Of a DNA stretch of 64,000 nucleotides, positions 12,230 through 24,300 are shown piece by piece. The stretch comes from Schmidtea polychroa (lineage: Eukaryota), in contig CM097885.1 of NCBI GenBank assembly GCA_044892525.1, positions 235,786,001 to 235,850,000 of the forward strand. The letters are read 5' to 3'. How positions within the stretch are numbered: the stretch's first letter is position 1; each line of letters begins with the position of its first letter. The notes under the pieces were generated by a model. The model was not told the DNA's origin and did not search any database. It was given only the letters and a program-made list of their open reading frames with translations. The translations under genes were made by a program, and so were the position numbers.

Positions 12230-13050
12230 TCGTTACGGATCACAAAACTTTATAAATACGATTTATGAATTTATAGCCTATAGCTTCGTGTTCTATTCTT
12301 CTTATTTTAAGCATTTTGTTGTGATTTTGATATGAAATTTTCATTTGAAATTCAAACACCAGTCTCTAAAAGACATTAACGACAACGGAGCATGAGTCAA
12401 AAGTGAATTTCCTAAGATTTAGTATTCTAAATGTAACTTTAAAAATTCATCATATTCATCTAGATATTTCAAGCACGTTAAATAATTGCCTTTTCTACTA
12501 GAAGATTCGCTTTCGTCGTGTCCTCTAAATCCTAAACATAGACTTCCAATTAATTTTTTGTCGATACTACCCTTCGGAAGACATCCCTCCAATAATTCTC
12601 TTCTTTGAGTTTCTGCTTCACTAATTTTGCACTAATTTTTCAATGTAATGCTGAAGAACGTCTGTATAATTTGTACATGGAAGTTATATGTTCCTTTGAA
12701 GCTTCATTTCCAGATAAAGCTTCTGTAAGATATCGCCAATTCTGATAACATTCGATTTACTTAGAGGTCGAATTAGAACACATTTTACAGGGTTAGCAGT
12801 ATAAGCACTTAGATATCTCAGAAAAAAACAAGCCAATTTCTGATTTCCTTTTTTGATTCAGCAATTTGTTGGTAAAAATGTCTCTCATGTAAACATCTTT
12901 AATACGTTTAAGTGCCATCAGTATAGAGATGTTTCAAATCTTCCAATTTATCAACGTTATTTGGTTTATTAAAACCTTTGGTCAGAGTGCAATATTTTCC
13001 ATAAAATCTAACCGACCTGCCCCCGATTTATACGACGTCATATTTCTACA
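12230..13050 (-). mobile_element. hAT (Tip100/ZMYM1-like) transposase remnant
   Basis: Minus strand LGFRGHDESESSSRKGNYLTCLKYLDEYDEFLKLHL (~12425-12545), preceded by a TTF-zinc-finger-like decayed region. Confidence 0.7.
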
Positions 13051-13151
13051 TTAAAGCATAATTTGATTTTTAAAGTGTAAATAAAATGCTTCAATGATTT
13101 ATTGTATATAAAGATAAAAATTGATTATTAACTATATTAGTAAAATACGTC

Positions 13152-13259
13152 AGTTAAATCCAACTTTATATCCATCTTTAAATCTGACATAAATTTATTA
13201 AATAACATTTTTCGCAAAAACCGCCAAATTAAATTATTAAAACAAAAAGATATTTAAAT
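13152..13259 (-). repeat. 3' LTR (108 bp)
   Basis: AGTTAAATCCAACTTTA...AAAAGATATTTAAAT, homologous to 17679-17795. Confidence 0.85.
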
Positions 13260-14395
13260 CTCCCCTTCTTAAGACTTTTTCCACTTCTTCAGCCACTCGA
13301 TTCTTCTTTCTTTCGTTCCTTCTTGTGAATGTAGGTCGACTCGATGAGGTGATAGAAATCTGGCGATTTTATATGGACCATCGTATTGCATACCATCCTT
13401 GTGCGTGTTCTGCAGCTCTTTACGTACAAGTACCTCCTCCCCCACCTCGAAAACACAAGTGCCCCTCTTTGTCTTATCCATAGCTCTCATAGTGTCTGCG
13501 GCTTTACTTGAGTTAAATCTCGCGCCTTCGATTCTTTCGCTTCTTGATATCTCGGCTTGTTTCAGATTAGAGTGTAAACCTGTAGCACTTTGTCGACTGC
13601 TATTTATAGTGAGCTCTATTCTGGGTAGAAGTTCGTGCCAGTTTCTCACTTCACATCCACCTGCCCATGTTGCTGTAATAAGATCTCTTATCGTTCGTAT
13701 GGCTCGTTTGGCTAAACCATTTGATTGGTGCTGGTAAGGTGAGCTGAATTCCTGTTTGATTCCAAGTTTCTGTAGCTTCTGTCTTAGGAAATTCCCTTCG
13801 AAATTTCTGCCTCTATCTGTTAAAATGCTCTTTGGTTTTCAAAATCATTAGATTAAGTATTGTTTTGAAAATTGTCCCTTCGTCTTGCTTCGTGATTGCA
13901 GTTAAAGAAATCAGTTTGCTAAAAAAGTCCACAATTACTACCATATATTTTTTATGGCGTTTATTTCCATGTAAGCGACATCTATAACAATCTGTTCTAG
14001 GAATAAATGTTTCCTTGGTTCTTGTCTGATCGATCTTTCTCTTAGCGCAGATCTCGCAACATTGTAAACAGAGCTAGATTGTCTCTTGCATTTTCGGCCA
14101 ATAAAATATCTTTTCCATATAATGAAATAATTTCTTAACTCCAATGTGACATAGTTCTTCATGTAGCGTTGTTGTTATCAGGCCTGCAAATGTTTCTGGG
14201 ACTAACATTAAGATATTCATGTTCTTTTCTACTGTTATTAATCCTCCATCAATTCGTGTATTTTTACGTTAAAAGGAAAACAATTCTTTTTCTCCCGTGT
14301 ACAACCATTTTTCAATATCTCTCGCAGCTCTCGAAACCGAATGTCCATAGCTTCTGTTCTTTGAATAGTACACTTCGAACACGCTTCGAGCCGGG

Positions 14396-14397
<2 letters not shown>

Positions 14398-14467
<70 letters not shown>
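14398..14467. repeat. (TA)n microsatellite at an internal deletion of the gypsy RT
   Basis: TA run directly follows DLYQAY and precedes RH-region sequence. Confidence 0.99.
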
Positions 14468-14468
<1 letters not shown>

Positions 14469-14852
14469 GCCTGATATAAGTCGATTGACGAGTATATTAT
14501 TGCATTTGCGAGACAGTCTAGTAAGAATTTGGTATTAGGCATCAGAAATGACTCCTTTTCTGTTATAGAATTCAATTCACGATAATCTACACACATCCTG
14601 ATCAATCCATCTTTCTTCACTACAATCATTAACTGGGCATTCTAAGGACTTTTGCAACACCGAATAACATTTGCTTTCATTAACTCTTTTGACAGCTCTT
14701 CAAGAAATTCTGGTTTGCCTATTTTCTCCCACAAATTCTTGCTCATGACTGTTACTGATGCTCCAGAGTCCCATAACACCTCTGTTTCGGCATTATTCAC
14801 CATTATTTTACTCCAATTTCTTCCATCTTCCGTCTGGTACATCTCTTCTTTT

Positions 14853-16345
14853 TAAATAAATTTTATTTCAATAAAAACCTGCTCCGGAGAAACAGGTTGG
14901 TCCTTTTTACGGGACGAGCTTCAGCCAGCGGCCAAAACTAAGCCATCCTAGTTGTATTTTTCCCATCATCACAGCCCTGTACTGATTTAGGGATCAAGGC
15001 TAATTTCATCGAATAAATCTTTTTTGTTGATAGTAGTAGATGAATTTATAGTTGTAGAAATCACAGTCGGTATATTATCATTTTGTTTTGGTATGGATCT
15101 TGGAGAATATTTGTCTTTGATAGTAGTCGGTGCATTTTGGGATAAATCAGATTTTAGATCAGAGTTTAAATTGTTCTTTTCATTATTATTTCATTATTGT
15201 TGTTGTGATAAGTCAATAAGTCAAGACAAAACAAAAGAGTAAAAACAAGAACAAAAATAAAAAAGATAAAAAGTAAAAAGCCATCACGATGCACATAAAA
15301 AGGCCATAACACGGCACACAAAAATCAAAACAAGCCATTACAAGGCCATAATAACATAAAAATTGTCATAAGAGAGCCATAACACGGCATACTAAGAATA
15401 GGTACTTCATAAAATCAGAATAAGCCATGACAAGGCCATCACAATGCAATTAAAGGTAATTCCCTGTTGTAAAATTTTCAAAAAGTGATTATTGAGCCAT
15501 TGCACAGTATATACGAGCATGAATATTCGATAGTCAAATGAAAAAGACATTGTAGCTCGCTATGATCGCGGTTTTTATGCATTTCTTTGCTAATATTTTA
15601 ATCTCGTTGTCAGTTAATCCTATATCTCTTAAGGGTTTATCATTGTTGATATCCCAGGTGCCTAAGGTTCCTACAACATTAAAGTGTTTGGAGGTTAGAT
15701 ATTTATGCGTTATCTCTAGTACTCTATTGTGTTTGTTTCATCTTGCATTTTGTGTTTTCGTGCAATGGTTTAAATTATGTGCTTGTGTTTTCCAGTCTTT
15801 ATTGCATAATCTGCAGAGTATGTTTTGATTTTCTTTGTGTCTATGTATTGTATAATTAAGACTGAGCATGTTATTACGTGCTTTAATTAAAAAGTAATAT
15901 TGATTGTCGGTAGGTCATTTGATTTAATTGGGTATGCTGATAAGTTATTGTTACCTATTGTTGTTGAAATGTGTCCCTGGTGAATCATGTCATACCATTT
16001 TTCAGCATACCATTTGCTGGTAATAGTGTGTAGTGCTGAAGATGTGTCTTCTATGTTGCTTTTATCAATATAATTTATCTCGTTATATTTTATTTCTATG
16101 TTAAAAAAGCCTTTAATAACCATTATTCTACAGATAATATTGAATTTTTCACGAATTCTTTTACATGATTTCCTAAATTTTGAAAATATAGACGAAGATT
16201 TACCACTTATGTCTCCCTTATAGTCTGCGTTAAGCCAGTCAAGGGCTTTATCAATTTAAATTTCTTTATTTAATGATCTGATATTAACTACTTCAATTAA
16301 TTCGTCTAGTAAAATATTTCTCATCCTAATGTCGTCTGAATTAAA
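14853..16345 (-). mobile_element. 5'-truncated RLE-clade (R2/NeSL-like) non-LTR retrotransposon nested in the gypsy element
   Basis: Minus strand W...IHQG, CRLC...HNLNHC...AR*NKHNRV knuckle and VVGTLGTW...LRDIG...KCIKTAIIASYNV tail. About 650 nt of 3' UTR ends in AATAAA plus a short A run. Boundaries approximate. Confidence 0.75.
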
Positions 16346-17678
16346 AATTCTAATAAATTGTTCTTCTGCCTCGTATTTTCGTCGTTCATTTCTTCTTTCA
16401 CAATTTATTGTTTTGACTCCACCGACGAAATGAAACCCATGGTGTCGCTGATGTTTTCTCCGTCTTCTCTCAATATAGTATATTTCTCAGGGACATTGTA
16501 TCTATCTTCCATGTCGCTGTGAGCAGTTCTAAAATCCTGGCTGTTCTCGGTGTAATCTCTTCTTTCAGATTTTAAATGTTCTTCTTCTATGCACGCTATA
16601 CTTTGATATCGGTGTGGAACCTCTTTCCATAACGAAAATCAATCTCGGAACCCGTGTCCTTCCTTGCCACATATCAGACCTTTATTTCCAAGTGGACACT
16701 CATACCTTCTATGTCCCCTTTCGCCACAGCAAAAACCATCACCTACCGTTAATTTTGGGACCGATGCTTGTGGTAGTCCTCTACTTTCGTTGTACAGTAT
16801 CCTTGCTATATTCTTCATGGATATTGTTGGCAGCTTCCTTTTTGAGCTATTCGGGATTCTCGCATTTCTCGAGAATTGTTTTCTTGGATATTGTTCTCGA
16901 CGACCATGGTTATTTCCTTCGTATTGTATTGGTCCGCGTATAGGATGTTCGTCTCTTCTTGATCAGTGGTGACTAAATGACTCTTCTGATAGTCTTCTTT
17001 GTGATGATGTAGGCATGGGATCTTGGGTATTCTTTTGAATTTTCATCTGCCCTCCCTCAGTCACACTAGCGTATGTTCTTTGACCAAGTGCTTTAATAAA
17101 TTCTGTTTTATTGTTTCCATTTTTGTTTCTTTCAAAAATTTTCGACAATGATCTCGTTTCTTCAATTTTTGTTTCTGGTTTCGTCAATAGTATCTCCCGT
17201 AGTCTCGCATCGCGTGCTTTATTTGCGATAAGGTCTTGAACAATATCTTCTTCTGATCATCCTAAATTTACAACTTCAGCTAAAACTTTCCTTAGTCATA
17301 TCTCAAAAGCTGCAGACCTTTCATCATCTTCCTGTTCCATAGCTGCCAATTATCTGATTTTGTCAGTTAATGATTTTGTAATTGTGAACTTATGTAAGAA
17401 GCACGCTTTGGCTTTCACGTCTGTTGTTTTTTGTTTTTCTGACGTTTCCCCATAATGTCTTTGTTCTGCCACCAATAACACATCGAAAGTGCTTGTCAAT
17501 CGCTGTCCATTTGTCAGTAGCCATTCTTCTATATCTCTGATCCATTCTTCTGCTTCTTTTAAACCTCGTCCATCATTTCGTCTGATGTTCAGTGCATGTC
17601 TTGGCATGATTTCGGTTGGTATTAGCGATTTTGTTGATTTCGAAATGGCGTTGATGTTCTGATTTCGGCGTGGTAACC

Positions 17679-17795
17679 AGTTAAATCCAACTTTAAATCC
17701 ATATTTAAATCTGACATAAATTTATTAAATAACAAGCTTTTAATTTTTGGCAAAATCCGCCAATTCCAATTACTAAAACAAAAAGATATCTAACT
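17679..17795 (-). repeat. 5' LTR (117 bp)
   Basis: AGTTAAATCC...GATATCTAACT; AGTTA/TAACT termini. Confidence 0.85.
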
Positions 17796-17924
17796 ACGTC
17801 TTTTATTAAATTGTGATAAATGTAAACAAAAACAAAAATAACATAATTTAAACTGCGTATTTGTGATACATTTGTCTTATTTTATTTTCGTATATTATTC
17901 TGTGAAGGAAATATTTTTATATGG

Positions 17925-17963
17925 GCCTCGATGGGCCCCGGGCGGCAGCCCAGTCCGCCACCG
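17925..17963 (-). mobile_element. Probable hAT terminus belonging to the 12230-13050 transposase
   Basis: GC-rich GGGCCCCGGGCGGCAGCCCAGTCCGCCACCG resembles a CAGTGGCGG-type hAT end. Partner end not found. Confidence 0.4.
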
Positions 17964-18275
17964 ATTCCATTGCATGTAAAAAATTTCATTTAATTTTGTT
18001 GGATAATGTTGAATAACAGTTCGTTTTCCATTTATTGATATACAGATTTAAAGAATTTAATTCTTTCAAAACATCTTTCAAAACATAACCTGTCTACTCG
18101 CATATTTTAATATAAATTAAATAATAAATTTAAATATTACCAATGGTCATGTAAGTAAATTAAAAACGTATGTATTTTTTTCTTTTTCAGTGTAGTAAAG
18201 ATTTACTCATTTTAATTACTTTGTTTAAATATACGTGAATTCGTCGTGTAACTAGTGTATAATTTAAATTAGTAA

Positions 18276-18377
18276 ATGACTTTAAAATTAGAATCTAAAT
18301 GTAATGATCTTTCAGACAAACAGAAAGATTCTGTTTTCATATTAACTGCATTGGCGGATAACAAAATAATTCCTGGG
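18276..18377 (+). CDS. COG3: COG3 exon 1
   Basis: [34 protein letters not shown] (compare LTDRQTDSVLEL). The start codon is inferred. Confidence 0.75.
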
Positions 18378-21300
18378 GTATAAATTGAATCGTTATTACC
18401 CCTTTTAACATTCAAATTTAGAAATTTTTACAAAATCCAAATATCACATTGAAAAATAATTCTTCTGATAAATTTCAATTATCTGTTAAGGTTAATTATT
18501 GTTTAGATTCAAACTACTATTTTAATATTTCTAATCAAATATAACCATATTTCTTTTTAGTTTTTGAATTTGCTTGACAAAATAGTGAATGAAAATGAGA
18601 ATTGTACGACTGAAACTGAGAACGAGTAATATATATTTAATTATAATTAATAAATTAATAAGAAAAATTCATTAGGAAGGCAATGACAGATTTAAAAACT
18701 AATAAACAAATTTGTGACAATTTATACTCCGAAGTAGAGAAGTGCATTGATAAAACTCAATATCTGAAAAACCAATATATCACAACATCTAATAAAACCA
18801 ATGCATTATATGAAGCATGTGAGCATTTGTTAAGCGATCAGGTTAATTTTTTTTCAAACGATTTATTTTTAATTAATTTATTAATTTCTCCAAATGAAAA
18901 TTTACACAATAAATACTGAAAAATTTTAAAAATAGAACTCAAGTAATGGATAAAATTAATCTTTCATATATTATAAATAATATTTATTTAATATATTATA
19001 TAAATCTTCGATAATAATTTAATACCATTTTTGAAATAACCAATCATATTCGTTTTATAAATGTGCATCTTGTATACTTGATATGAAATTGGATATTAAA
19101 TGTTATAAATTTTGTCAACTGTGTCAATTCTGTAGCATGAAATATGGTAGTGTAACATGAAGAGATTTTTCAGCCAGACTTAGATTTAGGAGAGTCTACC
19201 GAGGTTTGCAAGGTCATCTTGCTCCATCCTTTGCTTCTTGGCTTCTGGCTTCTTGAAAAACCTTTCCAAGGTTGTCTATTTCTTCCTATTCTTTAACAAC
19301 TGTTGGAAGTAACGGGCAAGGGTGTCATTGTAGAGATCGTTGATCCTGTTGAGTTTGGATAGTGAGTGTTGGTAAACTCCTGAACCTCTTCCCATTTGAC
19401 CAGAATGTTCTTGATTGGATTGGTCCTTGTGCGACCTTGGAAGCCGAGTTAACTTTGTGATACACAGATGCGCTCGAGAGGTAAGATGAAACACGATGCA
19501 ATGGAATGGACAAACGGAAAGTTTGTTGTGCGCAGCGTTCGTTATGCGAGGCATCACTGTATTTGTATACCTTTGCAATAACAAGATGCATATCATATAT
19601 ACTTGACATTTTGGTAGGTTTAGAAAGAGATTGAAAATTTTAATTTAATCGATATAGGGGGTCACTCAAAAATAAACATTTCTTGCCTCCATCTCCTTAT
19701 CGCTTTTCAGGAGCCCACGAAGAACAATCTTGTGAAAACAGACACCCTTATTTTCAGAAGAAATTTCGAACATTTAATTTATAGGTTTGTAGATTTGTTT
19801 GTATTTAATATTGTTTAGGCTATAATTTAGTAAAAAATTGGTTGAATTTAAAGAGAACCATTTAGTTTTCAAAATAAACTTACCGTATATACTTGCGTAT
19901 AGGTCGAGTAATTTTGGTTTATTTTTTTTTCAAAGTTGATGGGTCAGCTCACACACAAACCTACTTTTAATTAAAATAATTATGGTTCAATATTAATTAA
20001 TTATAAATGTAATGTGTCAATTACTAATTGAATTGTTTGAATCAGTTTATTTTTTTGCTTATAACAAAAATTGTGCAGCAGCTCGTGAATTCGGTGTCGA
20101 TAGTTAAGAAATAGTTTAGAAGAAATGCCTAAAGCAAAAAAAAATCTTGCCATATAAACTGATGAAAAATTAAAAAACTCTTTACATTCATAGAAAACAT
20201 TTTGCGATTCTCTTCTGAAAACTAATTTTTGTCATGTTAAATTGTTATGGTTCTTAGTGAATTGCATAATTTGAAATAAATTAAATATTACCCATAATTA
20301 CATTTTTANNNNNNNNNNNNNNNNNNNNNNNNNNNNNNNNNNNNNNNNNNNNNNNNNNNNNNNNNNNNNNNNNNNNNNNNNNNNNNNNNNNNNNNNNNNN
20401 NNNNNNNNNNNNNNNNNNNNNNNNNNNNNNNNNNNNNNNNNNNNNNNNNNNNNNNNNNNNNNNNNNNNNNNNNNNTCTAAAAGTCAGTCGTACTTTCATG
20501 ATGATCTGAAAATATCAAAAAACAGCTGCAGCAACACCTTAGCTAATATTGAGACAGTAGCCCTTTAATAAAAGGAGTTCTGGATTGTAGGCCGCAACGT
20601 TGCTAAGAGAAATGAGCAGCAGTATTCAAAATAACATGGATATTTCGTATTACATGAATCTCCAACAAAAAATATTAAATTTTCTGTTTTATAGTTGAGA
20701 CTATAAAGGCTAAATATTTAGGATTTTCATAATTCGGAATTAGAGTTACAACTAAATTTTATTTTCACATTACCAGAAAAGTGTTTTACTGTTTCAAATA
20801 TAAATGAGTGTTGTAAAATTTCCGGACAATACAACTATTTTTTAAACATTTTATGGAAAAAAGTCTGATAAAAAAGAATACAGGAATATCTCGCATAGTA
20901 CGGTTTTGAAATTTTCAAAATATTTGTTTGCAATGATCGAAAAAGTTTCGGATCATATAATGGAAGTTGATTCTAATATAGAACGCCGCATTACAATTCG
21001 TCGAACAATAACCAACGCAATTCATTGCTACAAAGAATTGTATGAGGAGAAACGACCAAAAAAAGTTCAGACATCGTTATTGAAATTTTTAAACCATCAA
21101 AAATGAATCTAAACATTAGAATTTAAGTGAATTGCTTTTGTTGATCTTCTTTAAATTAAATTGTTGTGTTTATTTAATTTTATTTGTTTTTCATCAGCTA
21201 TTTTTAATATTTTTCAAATGAAATAAATTCTTTTTTTTGATTTAGTTGCAATGAATTGGTATTGCCGGCTTATAAATTTCAATAAATATATATTTAAATG

Positions 21301-24300
21301 TACAGCTGTGTTAAATATGCTTGTTTTGCTCTTGAATATCAGAAAAATAAAAATACATAACAAAATATTTTTTGTTTACTAGATTATAATCACGATTTTT
21401 AAATTTCTTTATAGGGGTACTAAGCCGTAAATTTATTAGCGCCAGAATGCCTCGATTAGTCCGGTTTCAAATAGTACGGCTAAATTCCAGAACCGATTAA
21501 CCGTACTGTTCGAGGTATTCTTGTAGTTACTAACTCTATTTTATATGATATTACTAGTAATAACCTGTTGAATTGTGAAATATTTTCCACCAAATATAAT
21601 TTTGTAAATAATTATTATTTGTAGAATAAACTAGTGGAAAGAGTTAAAGAAGTTGACGAGAATTTACGATATTACGTCGCTGTGGATAATTTAGCGATTG
21701 TTTGTATTTTGATTGGTTGTCAACAAAATATAATATTTCATAGAAAGTCGCATTCCCAAATATAAAAATTACCGTTGAAAATCTGGAACCAATTCTCAAT
21801 CAAATTGATGATTGTTTCAAATTTCTTTCTTCAAAGGTAATTAAATAATTTTATCATAAGGATAATTTTTAATAATAAATAATTGTAAATTGGAATAATT
21901 TGCGATTAATTTATATGAGGGTGGCAGCAAATTATTCCTTCCTCGGCTCTTCGGGTCATTTTAACTCAAAAATTATTTAATTGTCCCCATAACCTTTATT
22001 ATTTTGTGCTATTGATATATATGTCCTTTAATGAATTTTATTATTATTTGAAATTAAATAGTTTATAAAAGTATTTTTTGCAATTCTTTATGATTAAAAA
22101 AATGTAATTACATCTAGTATCCCCGGGTCAATTTAACCATATATAAAAATTAAATAGCGCAATAAAAAAACTATATAGATTGCCACTGAATTTCAAATAT
22201 TTCGATTTTTCACGTGCTAGGTTACATGTGTTTGTTAGATTATAAATTCATATAACTTTGCTGAAAAATTCTTCCAGAACAAAGTAATTTTTATTGGAAC
22301 TTTATGGTAAAATAAACTTCAACTTCCTACTGCTCTTGAAATCAAAAAAGAACAATAAACTCATGAATGTTTGCATTTAGAACCAATATTACACTAGTTT
22401 CATATTTAGTACTGATTATAATGATCTAAAAGATGCAGTTAACACAGTTGATAAGATAATAGTATCATACAGTTGTAAGATAATGACCAGAAGGTGGTCA
22501 CTCATTATTTTTTACAATATGGTATATCTATCATGATATCATCATATAGTGCAATTGTATTATATTGAGAAACATATTCTGATTGAAAACAAAATAAAAC
22601 AACCTGTCAAAGACAATTTTTGGAGGAAATAAGTACTGAAGAATAAGTATATAATGAAATAAGTATATAAGAACAAATAAAACGTCCTACATTTTTGCCA
22701 GCATGATAATAAATATTATAAATTGCGAAAAGCATCTTTTTATCAAAAAGGTTTGAAAAATAGTTAAGAAAAATAGTTTGAAAAAGAAATTAATGATACA
22801 TCGTTGAAACAAAGAAGCATAACTGCGTATATTTTAGTTCATTGTATCAAGAAGAAGAGAAATAAATAGAAACAAAGAGTGAAATTAAAATGCAAGATGG
22901 AAAGAAACTTGAAATACTAATAAATACCACGTGTTTGTTCCGTGTTTGTTATCATTTTCATTATTTATTCTTTTCAATTTCATTTATCTTTATTTCTTTT
23001 TTTGTTTTATATTTCACACGAATTTTTCACATGGGCATTTTCCATGTTTATATTTCAAAATAGATTTATGCCCATTTAAATGTGTTAGAGAAATTCTTTT
23101 TGGAAATATTTGAATTTCACTTAGCTTCATTCATTTCTTAATTTCTTCGGTTTTTGAATCAGAGGGCAAGTTTTAAATAAAGAAAAGTTGAGAGTTCTCA
23201 TTAATGAATATTAACATGTTGTTAGAACAATTAAATCCATAGGTAAAGATCCTCACTCATATTTGTTCATGAGCATTTGAAAATCCCATTTTTATTTCCT
23301 ACTACATTTTTAGGATTTCATATTGTCATTTAGCAGGAATAAAATATTCAAATAGATTGTTTTAGTGACATTTGGCACACTTATAAAATTTTCAAATTAT
23401 AAATTAAATATTTTTGTTTATAAAAACAATTTTGTTACTTACAAATTTAATAATTTATATTTAATCGATAAAATAATAATACAAAATATTATTAAACGCT
23501 GATCAATGCAAATTATTTTATAATGTTGTTAAGTTTTTGCAAATGCAAAGCACAATATATTTTACTCACTACTGATATTTAATGACTTCTAAGAGAAAAT
23601 AATAAAATATATAAAATTTGATGTTAAGCTCTACTGTTTTAATTTTTAGACATTCAATTTTATGTGTTTGGTATATAGAATGGTTTTCTTAACCTCTTTG
23701 AGCATCTAAACAATGTATTCCAACCCAATTTTAAATGCATTAATTTGGAAAATTAAAAGAATTTTGACTGGGATCTATTATTTTACTCGATTATCTTCTG
23801 TTTTGGATCTTTAGTAAATAGAAATAAGAAAGAAGTTTGAAGAAACTGGCAAGGTTTGTGATCTTGGAAAATCCATCAATTGATGATTAAAACAAATTGT
23901 TAAATTTATGAAAACAATTCTAAAAGATCGGTAAGAAATGTTGTTATAGAAGTTGGACGCCGTTTAAAAACATTGTACAATGTTTTAAAGAAAAAACTTA
24001 AACCATTACAAAATTTGAAAGCTCTATCTGCTTCATGATAGAAAATAACCAAAATTTTGTGAAAATGTCATGAATTCTTTTAATCATCATTAACATTATA
24101 TAAATTAACGTTAAAGGGCATTCTGTTGAAAACATAAATTTTAGTTAGTAAATGTTGCTATGTGAAAATTTTACAGTCTTATTTTGGATGTTTAAAAATA
24201 TTTTAGTTTGATTTCACAAATTTCTTAATTCCTAGAATTTAAAGATTCCTAATTGTTTTACTTTAGTCAGAATATTTGGAAAGCGAAAGTTACATGAACA

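Larger units (their letters stand above)
13152..17795 (-). mobile_element. Ty3/gypsy element with short LTRs, internally deleted
   Basis: 5-bp TSD ACGTC (13147-13151, 17796-17800); paired LTRs; PBS-like TGGTTACCACGCCG next to the 5' LTR; PPT AAGAAGGGGAG next to the 3' LTR. gag knuckles (~16640-16740), protease LWDSGASVTV, RT RMCVDYRELN, integrase C-terminus YDGPYKIARFL. Confidence 0.93.
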
